Assembly: GCA_963841015.1 (NCBI GenBank)
Contig: CAWJAX010000003.1
Coordinates: forward strand, 768,001 to 832,000
Direction of reading: 5' to 3'
Source: an uncultured Methanoregulaceae archaeon
GTDB lineage: Archaea > Halobacteriota > Methanomicrobia > Methanomicrobiales > Methanospirillaceae
DNA length: 64,000 nt
Each line of letters begins with the position of its first letter. Position 1 is the stretch's first letter. Positions 1 to 10,260 of the stretch are shown one piece after another. A program made the position numbers and the translations under genes. The notes beneath the pieces are model-generated. The model saw only the letters and a list, made by a program, of their open reading frames with translations, did no database searches and had not been told where the DNA came from.

Positions 1-484
1 TAAAACATGCCTGATTATTAAAGGCGGAAAAGCAGAAAATATTTCACCCCATGAAATCCCTGTACCCATTCAGCATACGATAAAAAAATCCGTTCTGACT
101 CCACCAAAACAGGGACAGATATTAACGAGTAAAACCCCCGAGAAACCAGGTCTACCACAAACAACCACCGCAAAGAAACCAGTTACCGTCGAACCAGTGC
201 GTGCTTCAGAGCTACCAAAGATAATCAGTGACGCACATCTGAAAAAAGCAGCCCATAACCCACTGGCAGCAATCCAGCAAAAATCACAGGTTTATCCCCA
301 AATATCGGAGGAAAAAAAATCTGAAGATACGGCCTTTCTCCAGGAAGATTCAGATGCCAGCAGCTTTGAAAAGGATATTGAGACCTTTGAGACCATGGAT
401 GTAGATAGCATCACCAACAAAATCCGCGGTGAATGTAAGACCTTAATCAAACAACTTCACCTTGAACATCTGACAGAGGACTAA
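1..484 (+). CDS. 3' part of a hypothetical protein (Pro/Lys/Thr-rich linker and acidic C-terminal helix), gene begins before the window; possibly DUF2226-like, upstream of minD
   Basis: Open frame runs from the window edge to TAA at 482-484; low-complexity linker then FETMDVDSITNKIRGECKTLIKQLHLEHL; family is inferred from context only. Confidence 0.6.
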   Translation, partial: KTCLIIKGGKAENISPHEIPVPIQHTIKKSVLTPPKQGQILTSKTPEKPGLPQTTTAKKPVTVEPVRASELPKIISDAHLKKAAHNPLAAIQQKSQVYPQISEEKKSEDTAFLQEDSDASSFEKDIETFETMDVDSITNKIRGECKTLIKQLHLEHLTED

Positions 485-743
485 TAAGGATAAGCAGGGG
501 AGTGATATTCAAGGGGATTGTTGCAGCCCTGAACAGACAATACTAAAATTTTACGAGATCAGACATCGATTTACCAGGTATCTTGCAAAGAACCATAAAA
601 ATTTCGGGCTGTTTTCTGGAGTGTACCTGATATAAAATTCAAAATCCGGTATCAAAGGTTTTTTTTAAAAGAGAATCGCAACAGTTACACAAGCAATAAT
701 AATCTTGTGAGTTTAGTTGAATAATCAGAAAAATTGGGTAATC

Positions 744-751
744 TTATATAA
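744..751 (+). promoter_or_regulatory. Putative TATA box of minD
   Basis: TTATATAA about 35 nt upstream of ATG 786. Confidence 0.45.
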
Positions 752-785
752 ATCAAATAGAAATATTCACACAACAGGGTGTTCA

Positions 786-1574
786 ATGGTTAAGGTTTAC
801 ACAATCGCATCCGGAAAAGGTGGGACGGGAAAGACAACCGTTTCTGTTAATCTCGGAACGATGCTTGCCCAACTCGGAAAAGAGACCTTTCTTATGGATG
901 CTGATATCGGTATGGCAAATGTTGGACTGCTCCTCGGTCTGCAGGATGCACCGGTCACCCTCCATGAAGTTCTTGCTGGAAAGGCCAATGTCAATGATGC
1001 TATTTATGAGTGCCCGGCGGGATTAAAAGTGATTCCAGCGGGCATCTCCCTCCAGGGTTTCCAGGCTGCAGATCCGGAAAAGATCCGCGATGTCATGAAT
1101 GAGATTGTCACACGGTGCGACTTTTTGTTGATTGACGCCCCTGCCGGGATCAGCAAGGATGGTATCGTCCCTCTTGCTGTTGCCGATGAAGTTATCCTTG
1201 TCGTAAATCCTGAACTCTCGTCTATCGTTGACGCCCTCAAGACACGGATCCTGACAGAACTCGTCGGGGGTCACGTATTAGGCTCAATTATAAATCGCGT
1301 CGATCTGGAAAAACCAGAGACCATGATAAAAAAGATGGAGAAAGTGCTCGGGGTAAAGGTAATCGGAATTATCCCCGAAGATCCCAATGTCCGTCGTGCA
1401 GGTTCTGCAAGAACTCCCCTCGTGATCAAGTATCCGACATCCCCTGCATCTAAAGCTTTTCGCCGAATTGGTTCTTCCCTTATTGGTGTTGCTTACAAAG
1501 ATGATGGGGCCGGGGAGCAGAAAGAAAAATTCATTGAAAGATTTACCAAAGCCCTTTTTTCAAAAAAATCATAA
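786..1574 (+). CDS. minD: Archaeal MinD/ParA-family ATPase
   Basis: Deviant Walker A SGKGGTGKTT, DADIGMAN, LIDAPAG, C-terminal amphipathic helix FIERFTKALFSKK; start moved to ATG 786. Confidence 0.93.
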   Translation: MVKVYTIASGKGGTGKTTVSVNLGTMLAQLGKETFLMDADIGMANVGLLLGLQDAPVTLHEVLAGKANVNDAIYECPAGLKVIPAGISLQGFQAADPEKIRDVMNEIVTRCDFLLIDAPAGISKDGIVPLAVADEVILVVNPELSSIVDALKTRILTELVGGHVLGSIINRVDLEKPETMIKKMEKVLGVKVIGIIPEDPNVRRAGSARTPLVIKYPTSPASKAFRRIGSSLIGVAYKDDGAGEQKEKFIERFTKALFSKKS

Positions 1575-1840
1575 ATGCAGCAGAGATTTAACGATTTCTG
1601 CTCATTAATTTTTACTGTTTTTCTCATGCAAAAACAGGAGACTTTGGAGGATTAGGGGCCAATAGACCATTCCTGATTCATGACAGATTCCTTCCCCCGT
1701 TTGGTGACCTTTGATTAAAAAAAAGCTGAAAAATATGCACCCGGATGTGCATGAAAACCTGCGCGAGGTTAATTCTTTAGCAGCATCACAGGAAGAATTG
1801 AAGAAAAAATGGAATATGTCCAGGTACATTCACAGAAGGT

Positions 1841-3025
1841 TTATTCAGGTTTATTGGTTATGGTGAAAACACAATATTCGTCACCTTTTGACCGGCACTT
1901 AACTTCACGACCCTGCACCTTTATTCCAAACGATCCTTCAACTATCCCTGCAAGGAGACCTGCTGTACAGTAACAGACATTTTTTCCGGTATTCCCAAAA
2001 GCTTCTGATTCAATAGTATGTTCAAGGGTGATGGTTTTTTCTTTCTTTGCTTCGTTCCATTCCATACTGATGATCTTGAACCAGCCCATCTGGGAAAAAA
2101 ATGCAAACGCCATATCAGAGAGGAGGTTTGGCCTGGTTATTCCCATTTTCTTATAGTGCTCAACATTTTCCCTGCCCATATCCATATAGGCACGATAGTT
2201 GACTCCACCGGCAGGCATCTCACCCATGGTCTTTTTTAATGAATTCATCATGGAGGTGAAGATAAAACGTGGCATAATAACGACTGGATCATCAATCAGC
2301 TTGATCCTTCCTTCAAGAGGTTTATGCTCGAAATATTCCGTAATGGCGGAATCACCTTTAACGATAGCCTCTGCCTTCCATTTCCAGCTGGATTCCCGTT
2401 GATCGGCAACAAATTCACAAAAATCATCACCGTTTGCATGGCACTTTATTTCGATGCAGAACCAGTTCTTACCCGTTACAGCGATCAGGACCCCCTCAAT
2501 CCACCCTCTGTGGATACCACAGACTGGCATCTTCCAGTCCTTAAGAACGTCAGATTCAAAGGTTTGTTTGGTCCGAAGTACAATCCTTGTATCGCTGGAT
2601 TCAACGAGTTCAAAAGGAGCACCCCAGCCCTGCTGGTGCTGGAGCTGGAAAACCAGCATAAGAAATTCTGCGGGTGTGAGATCCATACCAAACTTTTTTA
2701 GCAGGTTATTTAGTCCTACCGAACCCTTACCAACGGAGTGGAAGAGCTTGCGAACCGCCTGTACTGCAAGTTTTTTATCGAGATTTGCTTCATACATCTC
2801 GTAGATGGCTTTCACGAGATAGTTCGGGTTGCTTGCTGTTTTTACTCCAAAAACCGAATACGAACCGGCTAGAGGGTCCATCTCGATATACGGGGCGATA
2901 CTTTTCTCCCCTTTGATGAGCGCCTCGAAGTCTTCACGTCCGATCTTCATGGATGACAAATCTGTTATTATCTGATTAAAGGATTTCGTCTTTTTTTTAT
3001 AAAAAATTCTGTCATGAATGGCCAA
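1841..3025 (-). CDS. Protein with two tandem V4R (4-vinyl reductase-like) domains
   Basis: Two V4R signatures: GWG...PVCGIHRGWIEG...EIKCHANGDDFCEF and GW...VCYCTAGLLAG...EVKCRSKGDEYCVF. Confidence 0.85.
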   Translation of the reverse strand: MAIHDRIFYKKKTKSFNQIITDLSSMKIGREDFEALIKGEKSIAPYIEMDPLAGSYSVFGVKTASNPNYLVKAIYEMYEANLDKKLAVQAVRKLFHSVGKGSVGLNNLLKKFGMDLTPAEFLMLVFQLQHQQGWGAPFELVESSDTRIVLRTKQTFESDVLKDWKMPVCGIHRGWIEGVLIAVTGKNWFCIEIKCHANGDDFCEFVADQRESSWKWKAEAIVKGDSAITEYFEHKPLEGRIKLIDDPVVIMPRFIFTSMMNSLKKTMGEMPAGGVNYRAYMDMGRENVEHYKKMGITRPNLLSDMAFAFFSQMGWFKIISMEWNEAKKEKTITLEHTIESEAFGNTGKNVCYCTAGLLAGIVEGSFGIKVQGREVKCRSKGDEYCVFTITNKPE

Positions 3026-3054
3026 TTCAAAAAGGAAGAAAGGATTGAAGTGAA

Positions 3055-4029
3055 TTAAATTTCCAGGAGATTTTTTGCATTAAGATCCAGCAGAATTTTT
3101 GGGTGTGATACATCAAACGATATATAAAACGTGGTAATATTCTGGGAGCGATCCATGACAATGCAACTGTATTTCCCATGTGCCAATTTAAAACTGACAG
3201 TTCCTTCATCTGTGGTTATATCGTTGCCATAAATTCTGCCCTCACTACGGATTGATACACTGAGACCATTTTGAGGAATGGAGTCTCTTTTTATGGTAAG
3301 CGTGAGAACTCCCATACCTTCACTTTTTTTACCGATCTCCGGTATCAAAGACGGAAGGCTCTTTTTCAGGTGCATCTTTTCAAAAATACGCGACCCCATG
3401 ACTACAGCATCAACAATATCCGGTTTCACATCATAGAACTCGAATTTTTCGTTTCCTGAAATCATCATTACCGCTTTATCACTGTACAGAGATCCCTTAT
3501 CATCGATGTAGATAGCACCTTCAGCCTCACCATCGATAAATGCAAGATAATTTTCCCTTTCGTTTACTTTTGCCACAGCTATCCCGTTGGATCTTCGTGA
3601 TGAGGTTACATCGAACAGTTCATGAAGGGTAAATATTCCGATGTATTTTGAGCCTTTTACGATATTATCCAGCAGATCATGAATCACACTGGGGATGCTC
3701 TTTTTTAAGTGTGTCTTTTCAAAAATCCGGCACCGCATGACAATAGTCTCAATAATATCCGGTGTTATTTCATAGAACTCGAATTGTTCGTGACCGGAGA
3801 TCATCTTCGCTGCCTTATCACTGTATTCTGTTCCCTTGTCATCGATATAGATAGCGCCTTCGGCTTCACCGGCAAGAAAAGCAAGATAATATTCCCTTCC
3901 GTTCTCTTTTGCTACCGCAATTCCGTTGAAACCCCGGGATGAGGCAAACTGGAAGAGTTCATGAAGGGTAAAAGTCCCCAGATGCTTTGAGCCCTTGTGG
4001 ATATTTTTTATCAGATCCTGTATTTTCAT
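3055..4029 (-). CDS. Hypothetical protein: two ~113-aa DUF2226-like repeats plus a C-terminal beta-sandwich (carboxypeptidase-regulatory-like) domain
   Basis: Motif FTLHELF...NGIAVAK...YLAF..GEAEGAIYIDDKG..YSDKA occurs twice; C-terminal DITTDEGTVSFKLAHGKY; family names by resemblance. Confidence 0.7.
   Translation of the reverse strand: MKIQDLIKNIHKGSKHLGTFTLHELFQFASSRGFNGIAVAKENGREYYLAFLAGEAEGAIYIDDKGTEYSDKAAKMISGHEQFEFYEITPDIIETIVMRCRIFEKTHLKKSIPSVIHDLLDNIVKGSKYIGIFTLHELFDVTSSRRSNGIAVAKVNERENYLAFIDGEAEGAIYIDDKGSLYSDKAVMMISGNEKFEFYDVKPDIVDAVVMGSRIFEKMHLKKSLPSLIPEIGKKSEGMGVLTLTIKRDSIPQNGLSVSIRSEGRIYGNDITTDEGTVSFKLAHGKYSCIVMDRSQNITTFYISFDVSHPKILLDLNAKNLLEI
3346..4023 (-). repeat. Intragenic tandem duplication, two units of ~339 bp
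   Basis: Shared DNA blocks such as GTTCATGAAGGGTAAA, TTATCACTGTA and CATCGAT.TAGATAGC.CCTTC.GC.TCACC in both halves. Confidence 0.9.
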
Positions 4030-4204
4030 CAAAACTCATCTCAATGGGAGTACTACCTGCCAAGAAAATTACACGAACTTTTTCCCTAGATATATGGTTG
4101 AGTTATTTGCAACATGTGTATTTTACATTTGCGGAACTATCTTTTCTTTTTCGCACACTATCGCCATGCATAAGTGTTCATAAAAAAAATGATATTTTTG
4201 ATTT

Positions 4205-5396
4205 ATGGAAATACTCTACCCAATGGTTATTTCAGCGGTGGCGGTAATTGCCACCCTGATTTATGCATCATATCTCGATTTAAAGGACCGTCGGGTTCCG
4301 TTTATTTACTGGTTACCGATGCTCGGAGTGGGCATTATCTGTACCGGGTACCTCCTGTGGCAGACAACGGCAAACCTCAGCCTGATTCTCGGCTACCTTT
4401 CCCTTGTCGCAAGTTTTCTCTTTGTGGACTACCTTGATAACCGGGGCAGGACAGACTCCCCGGGTCTCACGTTTTATTACAAAAAGAACTCAATTTTTTA
4501 TTATCTTGCCCTTGTCTTGATCCTCCCGGTTTTGTCATGGTTTGTCCTTGCACCATCCATCAATAACCAGCTGATCCCGTGGTACGCGATGTTTGCCGGT
4601 ATTTTTTCCTATATTTCGTATGGGGAATACAAGGGGATTTCTGATGAAAATACCCGGCAAAAACACCGGAAAAAGGAGCCGAATATCTCAGAGTCTTTCA
4701 ACCGTTGGTATTTCGTACCGGTTGTGATGATATTTGCGATAACAGCTGTAATCATGCTCATCAGTCCGGATGGCTGGGGAACTCAATCTTTCGTAATTCT
4801 GCTCATGGCAGTCTTTTCCGGGATTTTCTATATTTTTGCACGAATGCACCTGTTCGGAGGTGCCGACGCATGGGCGCTGATATTTATCTCATTCTGCCTG
4901 CCAACGTTCCCGTTCACACCACTTCTCGGTAACCCGCCACTTGGATTCCTGTCCTTCTCGGTTCTTATCAATGCCCTGCTCCTGAACCTAGCGGCACCGA
5001 TCGGAATCTTCATAACAAATATTATCCGGAAAAACCGGGCTCCGCTGATGTATATGTTCTTTGGTTTCCCGGTAAAAGGCGAAAAAATACAGAATGAATG
5101 GGGTTTTGTGATGGAGGATTTTGAAGAGAGTAAAGGAATCGTCAGCAGGAAATTTGTCGGCTTTTGGGATTCCATAAAGCGTATGTACAGCGGTGAAGGC
5201 AGGATATACACAAAGGATCTTCGGGAGCATCCTGAAGATTACCAAAAAGAACTGTCGCTCTACAGGAAAGCAGGAACCGTATGGATTTCATATGCTGTAC
5301 CATTCATCATCCCCATTACAGACCGGTTTGATTATTGCAATCATCTTTGGTGATCTTCTCTTCGCATTTATGGAAATAATTGCAGGAGCGATATAA
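4205..5396 (+). CDS. A24-family prepilin/preflagellin peptidase (FlaK/PibD-like); +1 indel at ~5322
   Basis: [10 protein letters not shown] and FGGADA aspartate motifs; [14 protein letters not shown] continues as [13 protein letters not shown] in the other frame. Confidence 0.85.
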
Positions 5397-5397
5397 G

Positions 5398-5766
5398 ATG
5401 CTTAACCTGAAATTTGTGGACGGCCTGATTCCGGTCATAGTACAGGATACAAAAAATCGTGAAGTGCTGATGATGGCATATGCAAATGATGAAGCCATCC
5501 GTCTCACAAAAGCGACCGGATATGCCCATTACTACAGCCGAAGCAGGAAAAAACTCTGGAAAAAAGGCGAAGAGAGCGGGCACTTCCAGAAGGTAGTTAC
5601 TATCCTTACCGATTGCGATGAGGATTGTCTTATTTACCTCGTTGAGCAACAGGGTGCTGCCTGCCACACGGGATATGTCTCCTGCTTCTACCGGACACTT
5701 GACGGTACGGTAGTTGGAATAAAAGGGTTTGACCCGGAAAAAGTATACGGAAAAAAGGGAAACTGA
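5398..5766 (+). CDS. hisI: Phosphoribosyl-AMP cyclohydrolase
   Basis: [39 protein letters not shown]. Confidence 0.96.
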   Translation: MLNLKFVDGLIPVIVQDTKNREVLMMAYANDEAIRLTKATGYAHYYSRSRKKLWKKGEESGHFQKVVTILTDCDEDCLIYLVEQQGAACHTGYVSCFYRTLDGTVVGIKGFDPEKVYGKKGN

Positions 5767-5869
5767 TTCTTTTTATAAGTAAATTCCGTACTCACTTCAG
5801 GAAAAATCTCCATATTTCTTGTTTTAATTTTCTGACTTTGGCACGGGAAGCAAAAACGGGGAGATGCCT

Positions 5870-6091
5870 TTAGCAGACATGAATGATTTGTACCGGGCAG
5901 AGATCCGCGGCTTCCTGTGCACAACAACCGAGATACTCCGGTACAATCCCTTCTGACCGATCGCCATTGAACCGGTAGTTATCGATAACTTCCGAGTATG
6001 AATCACAGGGATTCTGGCTAAACAGTTCAGGGCAGATATTCCAGCATGCCCCACAGCTGACACATGCTCCGCGATCAATAGAGACGTTCAT
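5870..6091 (-). CDS. Single-cluster 4Fe-4S ferredoxin
   Basis: CVSCGACWNICPELF ... AADLCPVQII; true start ATG 6091. Confidence 0.88.
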   Translation of the reverse strand: MNVSIDRGACVSCGACWNICPELFSQNPCDSYSEVIDNYRFNGDRSEGIVPEYLGCCAQEAADLCPVQIIHVC

Positions 6092-6375
6092 CGGGAAATT
6101 CCGTTCAATGGTAAAGACACCTTGGAGATATTGGGATAAAGGAGTTTGTAACGATTTTTTTAAGGAACAGGAGAAACACTTACTGCAAATCTCAAAAACA
6201 AGGTGGGGTAAAGGGAATGGGATTATACCCTTTATATAGATAACAGGGATAACCATTTTCGGGTTCTCATCATGAATAAGTTGTTTAATCAATGGTTTAC
6301 ACTTGTTTTTTTGGTGGGACACGATACTACGAAATTCTCATCTACTATGTGATTGCATGTTTTTATGAGAGAAGC

Positions 6376-6975
6376 ATGGAAAGTCACCGAGTACAGGATA
6401 TGATGCGGCTGATGGCATCAAACATCCGGGCAATCGCTAATACAATTTCAGACAAAGATGTCGAAAAATTTATTGCAGAACTGCTCAAAGCAAAGCGTGT
6501 CTACGTAATGGGGGCGGGACGATCCGGACTTGTTGCAAAAGCATTTGCCATGCGACTCATGCATCTTGGGTTACAGGCATTTGTTGTCGGGGAAACGATC
6601 ACCCCCTCGTTGAATAAAGGGGATATCATGGTTGTCTTCTCAGGTTCTGGCCGAACCAAGACCGTTGCCGATATTGCGGAAACAGCAAAAGAGATTGGCG
6701 CGAAAATCTGCCTGATAACTTCAAATGCCGAATCGAGAATCGGAAAGATATCAGATTGCATCGTGATTATCAAACATCACCGGGACAAGGTGGGGGATGA
6801 TGCCGTTGAATTTGAAATTCGTCAGATGATGGGGGATCACAAGTCGTTTGCACCGCTGGGCACTCTCTTTGAAACAACTTCGATGATCTTTGCCGATGCA
6901 GTTATTTCCCGGCTGATGGAGATCACCCAGGTCGATGAGATTGCATTAAAGAAGCGTCATACAAATATCGAATAG
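6376..6975 (+). CDS. hxlB: 6-phospho-3-hexuloisomerase (SIS domain)
   Basis: GAGRSGLVAKAFAMRLMHLG, SGSGRT, APLGTLFE, RHTNIE. Confidence 0.94.
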   Translation: MESHRVQDMMRLMASNIRAIANTISDKDVEKFIAELLKAKRVYVMGAGRSGLVAKAFAMRLMHLGLQAFVVGETITPSLNKGDIMVVFSGSGRTKTVADIAETAKEIGAKICLITSNAESRIGKISDCIVIIKHHRDKVGDDAVEFEIRQMMGDHKSFAPLGTLFETTSMIFADAVISRLMEITQVDEIALKKRHTNIE

Positions 6976-6992
6976 ATGAGGAGGACGATGAT

Positions 6993-8099
6993 ATGAAATT
7001 GAGATTTGCTGAACGGGTACAAAGTATTGAAATATCCGGGATCAGGAAAATATTTGAAGCTGCGGGTCCTGATTCAATCAATCTGGGTCTTGGACAGCCG
7101 GATTTTGATACCCCGCAACACATAAAGGATGCAGCGATTGAAGCGATTTTAGAGGGGAAAACCGGCTATACAAACAATACAGGAATTCCTGAACTACGGA
7201 GTGCAATCTGTAAAAAATTAAAAAAAGAGAACGGCCTCTCCTATGATACGGATCAACTGATTGTAACTGCAGGTGCAAGTGAAGCACTCCACATCGTAAT
7301 GCAGGCGCTGGTTGGTGAAGGGGACCGGGTCCTCTGCCCGGACCCGGGATTTGTCTCGTATGCTGCTCTTGCCACCCTTGCGGGGGGGCGCCCGGTAAGT
7401 GTCCCACTCATCCCGAACCTTCATGTAGATGTGGAGAGGGCAAAAGCACTTATGGACGGTGCACGGATCATTGTCCTGAATTCCCCGGCCAATCCTACCG
7501 GTGCTGTTGAAAATAAAGATTCTGTCAGGGCGCTTGTTGAATATGCAGATGATGCAGGAGTCACGGTAGTTTCCGATGAAGTGTATGAACATTTCATCTA
7601 TGGTAAACAGCACTGGAGTGCCGCCCTTTTTGGGGAAAATGTGATTACTATTAATGCAACAAGCAAGACCTATGCGATGACCGGCTGGCGGTTGGGATAT
7701 CTCGCAGCTCCTGCAGAGATAGTGGCACAGTGCGTGAAGGTACACCAGTATTGCCAGGCATGTGCTACCTCGATTTCCCAGTATGCGGCTCTTGCAGCAT
7801 ATGAAGGGGATCAGAGCCCGGTCACCATGATGTGCGACGAATACAAGATGCGGCGGGATCTCTTCTGCAAAGGACTGGCAGATTTGGGATTTTCATTCCC
7901 GGTTCCTGAAGGTGCATTCTATGCATTTGTACCGATGAAACCAGATCTCATTCGGAGAATTATCGAAAATGGCATTATTATTGTCCCGGGAACAGCGTTT
8001 GGCGTAAATTCCCCGGAATATGCCCGTTTCAGTTACGCAACTTCCCGGCAAAACCTGAACCGGGCTCTTGACAGGATACAAAAAGTAATGAGTGAGTAA
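6993..8099 (+). CDS. PLP-dependent class I/II (aspartate-type) aminotransferase
   Basis: LGQPDF, NSPANPTG, SDEVY, SKTYAMTGWRLG. Confidence 0.93.
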   Translation: MKLRFAERVQSIEISGIRKIFEAAGPDSINLGLGQPDFDTPQHIKDAAIEAILEGKTGYTNNTGIPELRSAICKKLKKENGLSYDTDQLIVTAGASEALHIVMQALVGEGDRVLCPDPGFVSYAALATLAGGRPVSVPLIPNLHVDVERAKALMDGARIIVLNSPANPTGAVENKDSVRALVEYADDAGVTVVSDEVYEHFIYGKQHWSAALFGENVITINATSKTYAMTGWRLGYLAAPAEIVAQCVKVHQYCQACATSISQYAALAAYEGDQSPVTMMCDEYKMRRDLFCKGLADLGFSFPVPEGAFYAFVPMKPDLIRRIIENGIIIVPGTAFGVNSPEYARFSYATSRQNLNRALDRIQKVMSE

Positions 8100-8100
8100 T

Positions 8101-9159
8101 ATGGTCAAAGAACTTTTAAAAAAATTATCCAATGCACATGGTGTATCGGGCAGTGAAAGCAGTGTATTTGCGGTTATAAAAAAGGAGCTCAAAGGGCATG
8201 TTGACGAGATACATGAAGATCCCCTTGGTAACCTGATAGCAATCAAACGCGGTAATAAATTCAAAGTAATGCTCGCTGCTCACATGGATGAGATAGGGCT
8301 TATGGTCAAGTATGTCGATGAAAAGGGATTTATCCGGTTTGTCGCTCTGGGGGGTTGGTACGGCCCGACACTCTATAACCAGCGCGTTATCCTGCATGGA
8401 TTAAAAGGTAAGTACCTTGGGGTCATCGGAGGGAAACCCCCTCACATGATGGACGAGGAAGAACGCAAAAAAGGCGTTAAAATCGATGATATGTTTATCG
8501 ACATCGGGGCTAAGAACCGCGAAGAAGTGGAATATCTCGGTATTGAAGTTGGAACACCAGTGACGGTAGACCGCGAGTTTGCCGAACTTGCCTTTAACCG
8601 GGTATCGGGAAAGGCGTTTGATAACCGGGCTGGTGTTGCCATGCTGATAAAAGCCTTAAAAGAGATGGATTCGCCTCTTACCATTTTTGGGGTTTTTACG
8701 GTTCAGGAAGAGGTCGGACTCAAAGGGGCACGGACAAGCGCTTACGCGCTCGATCCTGATTGTGCAATAGCAACAGATGTCACCATCCCGGGTGACCATC
8801 CTGGAATAGATATGAAAGATGCTCCGGTGGAGATGGGAAAAGGCCCGGTGATAACTATTGTGGACAGTAGTGGTCGTGGACTCATCGCAAGTCGGAAAGT
8901 AGTGAAGTGGCTCAAGGACACAGCCGATACTCATGGAATTCCGGTACAGATGGAAGTCGGGAGCGGAGGAACGACGGATGCAACAGCAATCCATCTGACC
9001 AAAGGCGGGATCCCCAGTACAACCGTAAGTATCCCCACCCGGTATATTCATTCACCTGTTGAAGTTCTGGATACCGAAGATATTGAAGCCGGTGTAAAAT
9101 TACTGGTGGCAGTCTTTGAAACAAAAACCTGCACTTTAAAATCGATCTCTCTTTTTTAA
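8101..9159 (+). CDS. M42-family aminopeptidase (TET-like); +1 indel at 9113, corrected stop at 9139
   Basis: AAHMDEIG, KAFDNRAG, QEEVGLKGA, GGTTDA, RYIHSP. Confidence 0.93.
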   Translation: MVKELLKKLSNAHGVSGSESSVFAVIKKELKGHVDEIHEDPLGNLIAIKRGNKFKVMLAAHMDEIGLMVKYVDEKGFIRFVALGGWYGPTLYNQRVILHGLKGKYLGVIGGKPPHMMDEEERKKGVKIDDMFIDIGAKNREEVEYLGIEVGTPVTVDREFAELAFNRVSGKAFDNRAGVAMLIKALKEMDSPLTIFGVFTVQEEVGLKGARTSAYALDPDCAIATDVTIPGDHPGIDMKDAPVEMGKGPVITIVDSSGRGLIASRKVVKWLKDTADTHGIPVQMEVGSGGTTDATAIHLTKGGIPSTTVSIPTRYIHSPVEVLDTEDIEAGVKLLVAVFETKTCTLKSISLF

Positions 9160-9642
9160 GACAGGACACCTTCTCCTCATAAAAAACAGGATACAGAATT
9201 AAAGATAGTTTATATCGCGCCGGCCGGGTTATTGCCTTAATTCAAATCTATGAGTTATTTCCCCATCGACCGGAATGCTGACGGCAGGACCGCGATTGGC
9301 AACCCTTCATATTCGCGTTCTGTTGGCAGGTTATGATTGGGGGGACATTTCCTCTATGGCAAATGGAAGGAGGGGCTGTTTTGTGCGTAAAATATTTGGT
9401 AAAATTATGAAAGAAGAAAATTATTTCATCAATCGTAAAATCTCGCTCAATTCTGTATTTAAAAAGTTGAAATCAAGAACAAACAGGAAAATGAGTCAGA
9501 CATTGCCTATTAAAATATTTGCATGGCAGACTGTAATGCAGACTTCGTCTGCAGTGATGAATACTAATTCTATATGGCAAATTAATATAAATAACTAAAT
9601 ATTATTCAGATTTAGTCACGGCATGTGGCTTGGAGGGAAAAA

Positions 9643-9873
9643 ATGCAATTGGTAGAAGTAATGCGGGAACGGATGTGGGTGAAAGATGGTGATCTTCTTG
9701 AAAGTGAAGGTCAGTATGAAAAAGCAATAGCTGCTTATGATCATGCTCTTCAGATTGATCCAAGTGATGCAGATGCCTGGTTCAATAAAGGAACAGCCCT
9801 GAAAAAAATGGGAAAAATCTCTGAATCAACGAAATGCGTTGAAACTGCAATAAATCTGTATTGCGGCAGATAA
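9643..9873 (+). CDS. Small TPR protein ending in LYCGR
   Basis: YEKAIAAYDHALQIDPSDADAWFNKG; GGAGG RBS before ATG 9643. Confidence 0.85.
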   Translation: MQLVEVMRERMWVKDGDLLESEGQYEKAIAAYDHALQIDPSDADAWFNKGTALKKMGKISESTKCVETAINLYCGR

Positions 9874-9915
9874 GATATTACGGAATATTTCGGGAAACGT
9901 GGTCTGGAGGAAAAA

Positions 9916-10260
9916 ATGGAAGCTATAGGAGTACCAAGCGCTAAAACAGAATCAGATTATCTTGTCAAACTTGCGCAGGAGAAAGCGATGGCAGGAGATC
10001 ATTTTTTAGCGGTAAAATATCTTAAAGAAGCAATCGATCTATATCCAAGAAATGCCAATGCACACCTTCTCCTGGGAAATTGTCAGGATTGTCTTGAGAA
10101 AGTTGATGATGCAATCATATCCTATGACAAAGCACTAGCGATAGACCCTGAGAACGCAGAAACCTGGTTTAATAAAGGAATGACCCTGAAGAAAATCGGG
10201 AATCTTAAAGAAGCAACGCTGTGCATTGAGAATTGTATTGATCTTTACTGTGGCAGATGA
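9916..10260 (+). CDS. Small TPR protein ending in LYCGR (paralogue of the preceding gene)
   Basis: AIISYDKALAIDPENAETWFNKG; GGAGG RBS. Confidence 0.87.
   Translation: MEAIGVPSAKTESDYLVKLAQEKAMAGDHFLAVKYLKEAIDLYPRNANAHLLLGNCQDCLEKVDDAIISYDKALAIDPENAETWFNKGMTLKKIGNLKEATLCIENCIDLYCGR

Noticed and set aside
1605-1840. Possible small ORF or remnant between minD and the V4R gene
   Set aside because: Short, no RBS or motif; cannot be supported
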